DNA of 46,675 nucleotides from a virus. A program made the translations under genes and the position numbers. How positions within the stretch are numbered: position 1 is the stretch's first letter; each line of letters starts with the position of its first letter. The notes beneath the pieces are model-generated. The model had not been told where the DNA came from and ran no database searches. It was given only the letters and a program-made list of their open reading frames with translations. Location of the stretch: the IMG/VR virus record IMGVR_UViG_3300035698_019051; one strand, given 5' to 3'. Shown one piece after another: positions 27,317 through 35,844 of this stretch.

Positions 27317-27332
27317 ATACCCGCTCGGGTAT
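27317..27332. promoter_or_regulatory. palindromic operator-like site ATACCCGCTCGGGTAT
   Basis: 7-bp inverted arms around a 2-nt centre, in the csrA/kinase divergent intergenic region. Confidence 0.5.
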
Positions 27333-27411
27333 ATCTTGCTACTTCTGTGTAACATCGAACCGCTTTGTGCAACATCCTTGTAACATTTTAACCCCTTTTG
27401 GCCCGTCTCTT

Positions 27412-27427
27412 ATACCCGTTCGGGTAT
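27412..27427. promoter_or_regulatory. second copy of the operator-like palindrome ATACCCGTTCGGGTAT
   Basis: Same arms, 95 bp centre-to-centre from the first copy. Confidence 0.5.
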
Positions 27428-27518
27428 TAGATGACCATTCGCGCGACTATTGTGGCGCGCAAGAATAGGCCGCGACATGAGTGGCAGTTGTTATTGCCAA
27501 AGAACTCAAATATATAAT

Positions 27519-28352
27519 ATGTCATTTGCACACCGTATAGAGGTAATTTTGGAGGCGATTAATGATCATGACCTCCTCGACGCCGTATTCACTCGCTTCC
27601 CGAGTGTTGGGCCATGGCTCAAGAAATTCGACATCGATTATAGCAGCTTACGTCAGCTTGGCCCAGGTGGTAGCCATGGCATAGCATATAGCGATGGCAC
27701 GAAAGTCGTCAAGGTCACAGACGACGACCAAGAAGCTACCGCATCCTACCGTATGATCGAGCATCCGGTCCAAGGCGTCAATAAGATTATTGCAGTTTCT
27801 AAACTAGGCAAGACATTTACATGGCACGCACCGGATACCATGGAGATGGATGATTTTGAATCGCAATTCTATATTATTATCCAGGATCTTCAAGGGACAG
27901 AACTCACTGAGTTGGAAACCAATGTAATCGGCCTCGTCGGCGATTATATTATGGAGTATTATCACGGCGAAGGAAGTCCGCAGCACAAAGCTGGTAAGGG
28001 TATGTTGGCTCGGATGAATAAATATGAACCCACTGAAGATTCAGTAAAAATGCTGGCACGCTACGAAGCCAAGCAGTTAGAGAATCACCCATATCAAGGC
28101 TGGTTTAGTGCAGCCACCGAAGGCTCAGAAGATGCTAAGGGCATTGCCATACAACTTTTTGAAGCAGTCATACGGCTTTGGTATGCAGGCGTTAGATTCT
28201 TTGATGTGCAGCCCGAGAATACGGGGAAAGATAGTGATGGCAATTATGTGCTCTTCGACCTAGGCGTATCCACCACCAAGGGCCGGGAACGAATCAACCA
28301 ATCTCTCACCACGCTCCAAGCGGGCCTCCTGCGGCGTATCCCCGTTATTTAA
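27519..28352 (+). CDS. eukaryotic-like Ser/Thr protein kinase-like protein
   Basis: Gly-rich stretch GPGGSHG; catalytic-loop-like DVQPEN (compare HRDxKxxN/DLKPEN); DLG in place of DFG. Start taken at Met24 of ORF 27450..28352. Confidence 0.55.
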   Translation: MSFAHRIEVILEAINDHDLLDAVFTRFPSVGPWLKKFDIDYSSLRQLGPGGSHGIAYSDGTKVVKVTDDDQEATASYRMIEHPVQGVNKIIAVSKLGKTFTWHAPDTMEMDDFESQFYIIIQDLQGTELTELETNVIGLVGDYIMEYYHGEGSPQHKAGKGMLARMNKYEPTEDSVKMLARYEAKQLENHPYQGWFSAATEGSEDAKGIAIQLFEAVIRLWYAGVRFFDVQPENTGKDSDGNYVLFDLGVSTTKGRERINQSLTTLQAGLLRRIPVI

Positions 28353-28741
28353 TCCTTTCCAAACCGCATCACTTCGGTCAGCTTCGCCACGACAGCATCG
28401 AGCTTGTAGACTCGCGGGTCGCAGAGCCAGAACCTTTGGGTTTTCTCGGGCATATCCAGAAACGCCTCTGGCATGTCGTCGAAGAACACGTCGGTATCTA
28501 GCTCTCTAGCCATACGACCTTTATATGCAGCAATCGACTCTCCCCAGTTATCGCTTAGGTAGAGGCCGTCATGCTCTATGCCGTAATCCGCCAACTCTTG
28601 AAGTGTCTCATCCCTACCATCTATCCCCCTATATGATACGATATAGACCTTATGGCCCGCAGCCCTGAACGCCTTCGATAAGATGGCGAAGAATGCGGGC
28701 ATTTCGGTGATTGTTGCATCAATGTCAATTCCAATATTCAT
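28349..28741 (-). CDS. HAD-superfamily phosphatase-like protein
   Basis: Motif I DIDATIT (DxDxT), conserved Ser/Lys positions, and an FFDD acid pair; convergent with the kinase gene and overlapping its 3' end. Confidence 0.55.
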   Translation of the reverse strand: MNIGIDIDATITEMPAFFAILSKAFRAAGHKVYIVSYRGIDGRDETLQELADYGIEHDGLYLSDNWGESIAAYKGRMARELDTDVFFDDMPEAFLDMPEKTQRFWLCDPRVYKLDAVVAKLTEVMRFGKD

Positions 28742-29121
28742 GACTTACTCAGTTCGTTCTCGTAAAATTGCTCTTGTACCGCCCATCCAGCCTCCGGGGC
28801 CTCCTTAAGCTCAACTTCGACGGTGTATTTATAGATCGGTGTAAAAAATCGCCCGCAATTACAGGGTCTTACTGTCTCAATCGACCGAACAATCCCTTTT
28901 TGCTTCCCGACGGAATACCCTGATCGCATCATCACTCCAGGCGACGATGCCACACTCACACCCTCCGCCAGCGACCCATTCGCCGGTGTGGGTTGACTCC
29001 AGACCGTGCAGTCATTTATTACCACAGTATTACCGACTTGGTATCGTGGGTCTGGAAACCAGATGCACGCTACGGCGACAGCAGTCAATGCGATTACTAT
29101 AACACAGATCCATTTGCTCAT
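28738..29121 (-). CDS. exported/membrane-anchored protein
   Basis: GAAGGAA SD before the internal start MSKWICVIVIALTAVAVA (signal/anchor helix); the longer ORF-track version runs through the terminator hairpin. Confidence 0.5.
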   Translation of the reverse strand: MSKWICVIVIALTAVAVACIWFPDPRYQVGNTVVINDCTVWSQPTPANGSLAEGVSVASSPGVMMRSGYSVGKQKGIVRSIETVRPCNCGRFFTPIYKYTVEVELKEAPEAGWAVQEQFYENELSKS

Positions 29122-29136
29122 ATTACGTTCCTTCGT

Positions 29137-29176
29137 TATAAAAAGAGTGGCGGGATGCCAAATTGGCATCCCGCCA
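29137..29176 (-). terminator. rho-independent terminator downstream of the SPFH gene
   Basis: 13-bp perfect stem GTGGCGGGATGCC/GGCATCCCGCCAC followed on the minus strand by TCTTTTTAT. Confidence 0.7.
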
Positions 29177-29218
29177 CCTAATAAACACCTGGCCCTTATC
29201 GACCAGACTCGATGAAGC

Positions 29219-30250
29219 TTACTTCTTCGGTGCGGCACCAACGCCGGTGTCGGTCAATGCCAGGGGAACCTTGATTCCATCGGCTGACAGAGCAAGGAAC
29301 ACCTTCTCGGAGACAACGTTGACTCCGGTCAGCATGCCCTTGAGCTTATCGGCCAGTAGACCAGCGACTTCAACAGACGCTCGTCGTTGGCCTTCCTCGC
29401 CGGAGTACTGAGCCAGTTTCAATGCCTCGGCGGCTTTGGCATTCGCTATGCCGAGAGCCTCGATGCCCTTGGCTTCGAAGACGTCCTTTTCCATCTGGCC
29501 TTCGCCCTGCAAGGCGAGTTCCTGTTTCTCGGCTGTGGCTGCTGCGACTCTGGCTGCTGCCTTTGCATCGGCTGCTAGAACCTGCTGCTCAGCGTCGCCT
29601 TCTGCTTTGGTTACTACTTCGATCTTCAAGGCGTCGGCTTCGGCCTGTCGGGTTGCAACCATGACCTGCTGTTTGGCTGTTTCGGCCTTGGCTTCCGCGA
29701 CTGCGGCCTTTTCCTCTTCGACGGCTCGCAGTGTCTTCTGCTTAGCCAGCTGCTTGAGCTGAATCTCATCTACGTAGTCCGAGTCGAGCTTGATGTCATA
29801 CAACGTAGCGGTTTCGATCACGATTCCACGATCCACGAACTGCGGATGAATTTTAATGGCGTCGTTGATTTCGACCCGCAAGTCGTTGAACCCTGAACCG
29901 GAGTAGATGGTCAATGCTTCTTTGGGCCGAACCATCTCATTAACGACATCGATGATCGTCCGCTTCATAGTGACGTACTGGTAAGTTTTGTGGATGCCAT
30001 CTCTGTAGAGTTGCACTGCTTTTGGCTTATCCAGGTGGTATTGGACTGTCAGGATGATCTTCGCCTTCTGACCACCTTCGTTGCCGCAGGCCACTTCGAT
30101 CACGTCGAATTCATTATCCGCCGTATCTTCGCCTTCCTCGTCGTTCGTTTTTTGTTCCGCGAACGTCAACTTCTGCGTACCAACGTAAATCTTGTGGCAA
30201 TTACCGAACCACACGAAGTGCACTCCGTCGCCGAGGAACTCCTCCCACAA
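29219..30250 (-). CDS. SPFH/band-7 (flotillin/HflKC-like) domain protein; the 5' end is probably in another frame
   Basis: SPFH core followed by a long Ala/Glu/Lys-rich coiled coil (AVEEEKAAVAEAKAETAKQQ...). The ORF as tracked starts at TTG with no SD; see the N-terminal TM ORF at 30201..30305. Confidence 0.75.
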   Translation of the reverse strand: MWEEFLGDGVHFVWFGNCHKIYVGTQKLTFAEQKTNDEEGEDTADNEFDVIEVACGNEGGQKAKIILTVQYHLDKPKAVQLYRDGIHKTYQYVTMKRTIIDVVNEMVRPKEALTIYSGSGFNDLRVEINDAIKIHPQFVDRGIVIETATLYDIKLDSDYVDEIQLKQLAKQKTLRAVEEEKAAVAEAKAETAKQQVMVATRQAEADALKIEVVTKAEGDAEQQVLAADAKAAARVAAATAEKQELALQGEGQMEKDVFEAKGIEALGIANAKAAEALKLAQYSGEEGQRRASVEVAGLLADKLKGMLTGVNVVSEKVFLALSADGIKVPLALTDTGVGAAPKK

Positions 30251-30305
30251 CCGCCACAGTTAGCCAGATAATGGGCGCCGTTGCCAAAATTGCCATCGCT
30301 ATCAT
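30201..30305 (-). CDS. 34-aa transmembrane-helix ORF (MIAMAILATAPIIWLTVAVVGGV...), probably the frameshifted N-terminus of the SPFH protein
   Basis: GAAAGGAAG SD 4-5 nt upstream of the ATG; a hydrophobic helix typical of SPFH N-terminal anchors; overlaps the SPFH ORF in a different frame. Confidence 0.4.
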   Translation of the reverse strand: MIAMAILATAPIIWLTVAVVGGVPRRRSALRVVR

Positions 30306-30317
30306 ACTACTTCCTTT

Positions 30318-30737
30318 CTACTCTTTCGAGAGAGTTACATCAAACTGATCTATCGGGTAGCCCGCTGCGTCTACGGTGCACAACGTGAACTTACCTTGAG
30401 ATACACTCGTCGTAAACCGCATTGGTGTACCATCGCTTACTGTGACATCGAGCAACTCGGTCCCAACGCTGGAAGTCCAGTTTTTGATAAATATACGCGT
30501 TGGTGGGGCTTCTGGCTTAACCGTTATGATAATCGTTACCCGAGGAGTCGTTTCGCTGGTACTTCTGCCGTTCTCAAGCACATACGTCATCTGTGCCGTC
30601 CCCATATCCAGCTTCCCTTCTGTTCTATAATCGTCATCGATGCTGCTGCATCCGCCGATAACGAGAGACAAAAGCGCTAGTGATAGCAGTTTTTCATTTG
30701 AGACCCTTTCTGGATGTGCGTATGCGTGGTGCCGCAC
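30318..30737 (-). CDS. putative lipoprotein
   Basis: Signal peptide with lipobox LVIGGC. The tracked start is GTG without an SD. A strong GAAAGGG SD precedes ATGAAAAAC, which would give MKKLLSLALLSLVIGGC if the A5 run were A6. Confidence 0.5.
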   Translation of the reverse strand: MRHHAYAHPERVSNEKLLSLALLSLVIGGCSSIDDDYRTEGKLDMGTAQMTYVLENGRSTSETTPRVTIIITVKPEAPPTRIFIKNWTSSVGTELLDVTVSDGTPMRFTTSVSQGKFTLCTVDAAGYPIDQFDVTLSKE

Positions 30738-30782
30738 ACCGCCGTGGCGCGGCGCGGCCGCGCGGGCAATCGCAATTCCCCG
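30716..30782 (-). promoter_or_regulatory. GC-rich upstream element copy
   Basis: GTGCCGCACACCGCCGTGGCGCGGCGCGGCCGCGCGGGCAATCGCAATTCC. Confidence 0.4.
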
Positions 30783-30810
30783 GGTATGAGTTGGTTCCCC
30801 TTTTGTGTAG

Positions 30811-31245
30811 TTAGACCGTGGGTGCCATCATAAACAATTCGCCGATATCTTCTGGGCTTTGCTCCCCTTGAGCAACTAATCTATCGACTTCGGCTTCGAT
30901 GTGCTTAGTTTCTTCTGAACCGAGACCATAGCCAGTAAGCTGCCCGCCATTGAAAACTAACCCTACATATGGCATATCAGTGGCTGTTCTGCCATCTGTC
31001 GACGGCGCAATATATATCTCTATATGGTCGCCAGTTTGAGATGCCTCTAGGGCTGTATTTCTATCGATTACCTGCATATTCCAGGAACGACCGAGATGTG
31101 CCGGATCGATACTAATAGCCTGATAGACATGACCCATCTGATCTGCTATCTCTTGCGGTTCTTGCGGCGTTCGAGGATCTTGGAATTTATGTCCGAACAT
31201 GCGTGCGCCGAATGGTTGGATTGGACGGGGTACTTGGCTCATCAC
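30811..31245 (-). CDS. hypothetical protein
   Basis: 144-aa ORF after a GC-rich upstream element. Confidence 0.5.
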   Translation of the reverse strand: MMSQVPRPIQPFGARMFGHKFQDPRTPQEPQEIADQMGHVYQAISIDPAHLGRSWNMQVIDRNTALEASQTGDHIEIYIAPSTDGRTATDMPYVGLVFNGGQLTGYGLGSEETKHIEAEVDRLVAQGEQSPEDIGELFMMAPTV

Positions 31246-31251
31246 TTACTC

Positions 31252-31749
31252 CTAATCATTGCACTTCAAAAGAGAAAATCTAATACCAAAATCGCGGGAT
31301 AAACCGCACAATTGATCCATAACATCTTCTTCTGGAGCACTAAATAGTATCTTTGCCGCTCGAACGCGGTCGCCGACCACGCGATTGATCTTAAATACCT
31401 CATATACGGCATTGTCTAGTTTCTTATCGTAGCCAGTAATACAAGTGGCTATCTCGAAAAGAATCCTCTTAAGATCAATGATCCCGCACTGCTCCCCGTC
31501 GAATGAAACATATGTGACAATATTATTGTCGATGTCGACTGTGGTACGTGTATCGTATCCCATTGCCCATAGAGCTTCCTCCATGGTCCGTACTACTAGC
31601 ACAAACTTGTTGTTTACCCAGGACTGTATTAGGTTAGCTTCTGGGATTGATCTCGGTTGCTCAAATAATCGCGACATTGTTCTTCTGCGGCCTTTTTCCT
31701 TGCTCGGTTCCGTGCTGGTGGTGGACCCCAATGGCGAGGGCTTGACCAA
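31252..31749 (-). CDS. hypothetical protein
   Basis: 165-aa ORF. Confidence 0.5.
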   Translation of the reverse strand: MVKPSPLGSTTSTEPSKEKGRRRTMSRLFEQPRSIPEANLIQSWVNNKFVLVVRTMEEALWAMGYDTRTTVDIDNNIVTYVSFDGEQCGIIDLKRILFEIATCITGYDKKLDNAVYEVFKINRVVGDRVRAAKILFSAPEEDVMDQLCGLSRDFGIRFSLLKCND

Positions 31750-31857
31750 GCCACCAATGTATCTACCCTATCCATCGCATTATCCCACCACGGAAATATC
31801 CTATGTGCTCGTCGTTTCCCCATTAATTTCTTGTGTCGACGTCTACTACGCATAATT

Positions 31858-32289
31858 CTATTTTTCGTTGGGATTTGTAACAGATAGAACCTTCTGTGTT
31901 AGCTTGAATTCATGGAGTTGGCCTGACATATTAATCAGAGCCTCTTCCACAGTCAGTATCGTTTTGATAACAATCTCATCTGGTTTTGGAACACAAGCAA
32001 AAACGAAGTCCTCTCCAGTTCTATCTCTCCTGGCCCTAACCAAAAAGTCAGTACCAATTTGTGCGCCAAATCGACACCCCGAAGAATACATAGCAAGTAT
32101 TATCCTCCGGGCATTCTCTATTGAAAGGTCACTGATGGCGCACTTCTGGACAAACCTCTCAATGACATGGATAGGTATATTTATGTATTTGCCATCCCCC
32201 TCTTTCTGCGGTTTCCTACGCCTACGGTATCTGGGGGTTATGCCCTGCTTCTCAGGAGTAATGTCGCGATTTTTGCGATGCCTCCTCAC
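31858..32289 (-). CDS. hypothetical basic protein (Arg/Lys-rich N-terminus, possible nucleic-acid binder)
   Basis: 143-aa ORF. Confidence 0.45.
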   Translation of the reverse strand: MRRHRKNRDITPEKQGITPRYRRRRKPQKEGDGKYINIPIHVIERFVQKCAISDLSIENARRIILAMYSSGCRFGAQIGTDFLVRARRDRTGEDFVFACVPKPDEIVIKTILTVEEALINMSGQLHEFKLTQKVLSVTNPNEK

Positions 32290-32765
32290 TGGGAGGCCTC
32301 CTCACCTTCTCTTTTTAGAAGTTCGCTATGCATTTCTATCACCTTATCAGCATCCTCATTGTTCAATATGGCCATAGACATAAACATTGGGTAGCCGTTA
32401 ATGCCTCGTGGCATTGCCTTGCTCATATATTCATAAATGAACTTGATTTTGTGAATCGCTAATTTAGCATGGAATGCATCGTCTCCAAACATCGCAACCG
32501 CGAATATCATCGTGGCAATGTTTGGCTCTCGAATCTGTAATGAGCAGAAGATGGTGCCATGAAACAAGTCATTGGCAAGTTTACGCAGCTGCTCGTCAGA
32601 CTGCGATGGGTACGGCTCCAAAATTTCCTTAATTTCATCGGTGGTAAACGTATGAACCCAATCAGGGCCGTGTTTGATAGTCCACGTACCGTCGCCGTTG
32701 TCTGTCAATTCGGGGCTAGTTGGGCTAGCTGGGAGTGCTTCAACTTCGTCTGGCCAATTGCTCAT
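32286..32765 (-). CDS. hypothetical protein
   Basis: 159-aa ORF, coupled. Confidence 0.5.
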   Translation of the reverse strand: MSNWPDEVEALPASPTSPELTDNGDGTWTIKHGPDWVHTFTTDEIKEILEPYPSQSDEQLRKLANDLFHGTIFCSLQIREPNIATMIFAVAMFGDDAFHAKLAIHKIKFIYEYMSKAMPRGINGYPMFMSMAILNNEDADKVIEMHSELLKREGEEASQ

Positions 32766-33160
32766 ACTTGGTCACCTATTAATGCATCAACGAACGGACC
32801 AGCCGCTCTATAGATCTGGTCCCGATGCTCTTGTGTATAACGATATCGTGGCGGGAAATTTACTACTTTGCCACTCTGTACATAACTCCATTTGTCATTA
32901 GCAACATCAATGATGATCCACGACACATTGCCGTGGTGCTCGCCTAGATAATACCCCTCATTGTAACGACGATCTCGTCTTTCAACTGATTGAGCCATAT
33001 CCATCGTAACATATAGATACGCAGCCTCGTCAGGTTCGGCTGGGAATTCGTAAATACGCCGCCCTGGGCCGATCCCTACTATACGACAGTCTATTACTCT
33101 CTCAATGTTCCACCCAGAGGAGTCGTAAAATGAACGCCATTTAAAACGGTTTTTCCTCAT
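32762..33160 (-). CDS. hypothetical protein
   Basis: 132-aa ORF, coupled. Confidence 0.5.
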   Translation of the reverse strand: MRKNRFKWRSFYDSSGWNIERVIDCRIVGIGPGRRIYEFPAEPDEAAYLYVTMDMAQSVERRDRRYNEGYYLGEHHGNVSWIIIDVANDKWSYVQSGKVVNFPPRYRYTQEHRDQIYRAAGPFVDALIGDQV

Positions 33161-33594
33161 TATAGCCCGCCCTTCAAAGGCGTTCTCGGGTGCCCATCCT
33201 GGTATTTTTCTAACTGCCTCAAGAAGTGGCTTGGAAGCTTACGCCAAGTACCTATTATTTTACGGCCAAACACGTCATATATAGCCCATGTTGCCCTTTT
33301 AGGTTTCATGGGATACCAATGGGGTACCCAATCATCCTTCCCCGACTTGATGTGCTCTAGCCTAAAGCCATCTCGCATTCTTGTATGACCGCCACCGAAG
33401 AGCATCCATTCTTTGGACATTCCCATATTCTGGTAGAAATGCACCATACCGTGGCATATCCCCCAAGCGCTAGTCGCCTCGCTGATCCTATCTAAGGATC
33501 CACTCAGTCGTTTAGTGCCTTTGGAGGTAAAAATATAGGCCATGCAGAAAGGGTGTCGAACAGTAGCGCCGAGATTTGTGACTTTGTGTTTCAT
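33160..33594 (-). CDS. hypothetical protein
   Basis: 144-aa ORF. Confidence 0.5.
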   Translation of the reverse strand: MKHKVTNLGATVRHPFCMAYIFTSKGTKRLSGSLDRISEATSAWGICHGMVHFYQNMGMSKEWMLFGGGHTRMRDGFRLEHIKSGKDDWVPHWYPMKPKRATWAIYDVFGRKIIGTWRKLPSHFLRQLEKYQDGHPRTPLKGGL

Positions 33595-33729
33595 ATGGGT
33601 GGGCTGTGGCTGGTAAGTTTTTCATTCTCTAATATGTGCCACTTGTGTGATGGGAGAGTGACGGGGTTACCTGCGGCTGATAAAGACTTTAATTGTGCCG
33701 CTTACACTCACCCACTTCCCACCGCAGTC

Positions 33730-34512
33730 CTAATAAGGTATTCTACCATCTCGCATTTTCGCGAATTCTTCAACAAACCACAGGCCACGGGGTGTGCCTT
33801 GGTTGATTGCTTCTGTTAGCTGTTCAACAGTCAATCTTCCGGCGTCGGTTCGTGTGTCGACGATCTCCTTGCCAGGCCCGTACTCATTTTGTAATACCTG
33901 GAGCCACTGTAAACATGCTAGTTTATCTTCGGCATCATCAGTTAGCAGTGCCCTTTGGTCTACTTCGACCTTATGGGCCTCAACCTTCGTACCGTCCACC
34001 TTCGTATGCTCCAAAACATCAATTTCAACCGTACCAGTACTGCCGAGTAATTTTATCATCTTCTCGAACATCGTCATGATGTAGCGTTCAGTCTTTGGGT
34101 GTAAGTAGGTCTCAGGATTGCGGAAGAACACGCTCTTCTTAGCCATGCATGCTTCACAACCCAATACGATCATCCCAGCTACGTGCCGCATCCCCATGTC
34201 CATCATATTCAGGACTTCAATTTTCTCAGGCGGCGCGGTGTGGTCGCACGGATCGAATGCTGCTTCCCACAAATGGGCGAATATACCGCCCTTACTAATC
34301 CACTCCCACTGGTTCTGGGTCATCTCTTCCATACAGCGGATAGTATCCTGTGCATTGACCTCGACGAAGTCAGGGACGTCTACTTTTATGCCCTGCTGGT
34401 GCACAATAACCGAAATCCCGCGTTCGGAATCAGCTATGTCGTGTTCTTGTTTGACGAGTTCCTGCTGGCCTTCGTCATTGGTAACAAGTGTTGTGCTTAC
34501 AACTTTTGTCAT
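33730..34512 (-). CDS. hypothetical protein
   Basis: 260-aa ORF. Confidence 0.55.
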   Translation of the reverse strand: MTKVVSTTLVTNDEGQQELVKQEHDIADSERGISVIVHQQGIKVDVPDFVEVNAQDTIRCMEEMTQNQWEWISKGGIFAHLWEAAFDPCDHTAPPEKIEVLNMMDMGMRHVAGMIVLGCEACMAKKSVFFRNPETYLHPKTERYIMTMFEKMIKLLGSTGTVEIDVLEHTKVDGTKVEAHKVEVDQRALLTDDAEDKLACLQWLQVLQNEYGPGKEIVDTRTDAGRLTVEQLTEAINQGTPRGLWFVEEFAKMRDGRIPY

Positions 34513-34715
34513 TAGCCACCACCTACGCTTTCACACATTTCAGCGATATCGTCTTCGTCGATTTTGAAAGAGAGTTTCTTTGCCACTATTTTGGCACGTT
34601 GTTCTGGGGTGTTGCTAATAGGAGCATAAGTAAGCAGCTCCATCGCTACCCTGAACAACTCCATTTCACGATTCGTCAGTAGTTTCGCCATTTTCAGCCT
34701 CAATTTTGGCTGCAA
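34512..34715 (-). CDS. hypothetical small protein
   Basis: 67-aa ORF, coupled. Confidence 0.4.
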   Translation of the reverse strand: MQPKLRLKMAKLLTNREMELFRVAMELLTYAPISNTPEQRAKIVAKKLSFKIDEDDIAEMCESVGGG

Positions 34716-34941
34716 GAAACGACATTACAAGCCAATCATAGTGATGTGCGGTGGGTTGCGAAGGATCGTGGTCTTCCGGCGTGCCATTCCAATCGTTCTC
34801 TTGCTTATCGAACTCCGCAAGCTCTTCGGGTGTCCAATCCGCCCACCATTCGCTGGGAGTATCGTTGCAACCGTGGCATGAGAATCGGTCGCTGGCGGCT
34901 CGTAGACACTTGACAACTATGGCTCGTTCTTTCGCGTTCAT
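34666..34941 (-). CDS. hypothetical small Cys-containing protein
   Basis: 91-aa ORF. Confidence 0.4.
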   Translation of the reverse strand: MNAKERAIVVKCLRAASDRFSCHGCNDTPSEWWADWTPEELAEFDKQENDWNGTPEDHDPSQPTAHHYDWLVMSFLAAKIEAENGETTDES

Positions 34942-34951
34942 GAGGAGATCC

Positions 34952-35596
34952 TTAGATGTTCCACGCTTTCACATTGTCGTAGCTGGTTACTTCGGTCAGC
35001 AGTCGGAATCCGGTGACGGTAATGGGTCCTGAGGTACCGTCGCCAGGACCGTGTACATCGGGGCGTTCAGCTGCGAACTTTTTAGCCCGTTCTATCAGCA
35101 TCGCAGCCTCATCGTCGGTAGGCTGTTGATTGAAGAAGATGGCGACAGACATGAGGCCGGGGTGTTTCGCAAGCGGAGCGTCGGGGTTCCAAGATTCGTG
35201 GTCCGCCATGTCGCTGTACTGCGTGTTACGGTGTTCCACTGCCTCAGCTTCCTGGCCATCTCGGAATTCCCCGCCCATTCCGTTATTGAACCAACCAGGC
35301 GTGGGGAATGCCGTTACGGGGCTGTGCTGACCATTATCGTCGGCTGGTGCCCAGACCTTGTCTTCGAACGGATTGTGAGCGCCCTCTTCCATACTCTCAT
35401 TGAAGAGCGTGGCCATTTCCTGGCCAGTACCGAATGCGCCGGTACGTCCGGTGATAAAGGCACACATATCGGTTTCGAAGTTCCCGGCGTATTTATCAGT
35501 GTCAATGACAAATAGATAGTCCTTGGGGTCGAAATCGCCAGCTTGTTCTATTGCTTGATCGTTCATACTTCTTTCCTTCATATCGTGTTTTGTCAA
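34952..35596 (-). CDS. hypothetical protein
   Basis: 214-aa ORF. Confidence 0.55.
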   Translation of the reverse strand: MTKHDMKERSMNDQAIEQAGDFDPKDYLFVIDTDKYAGNFETDMCAFITGRTGAFGTGQEMATLFNESMEEGAHNPFEDKVWAPADDNGQHSPVTAFPTPGWFNNGMGGEFRDGQEAEAVEHRNTQYSDMADHESWNPDAPLAKHPGLMSVAIFFNQQPTDDEAAMLIERAKKFAAERPDVHGPGDGTSGPITVTGFRLLTEVTSYDNVKAWNI

Positions 35597-35748
35597 AAAA
35601 TGGGCTTCTTCTCTTTTACTCGTTCAGCATAACGCAGAACATTTGCTTTCCTGGCCTTTTCGTCTTCCCGACGCATGTATTCTGTTTCACTTGCATCTCG
35701 AACTGCATAACTGCTCGGCCTAGTTGCTCGGACAGATTCATTAATCAT
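35593..35748 (-). CDS. hypothetical small protein
   Basis: GGAGGA SD 5 nt before the internal ATG (MINESV); a partial GC-rich upstream element lies about 100 nt upstream. Confidence 0.4.
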   Translation of the reverse strand: MINESVRATRPSSYAVRDASETEYMRREDEKARKANVLRYAERVKEKKPIF

Positions 35749-35844
35749 TTTATCCTCCGTCGCGTTCTGATGCTGGCTCTTGCCTATAGTATAAAACCCG
35801 GGCATGGGAACAGGACAAGAGCCAGCGTATTTATTTCATCACAC

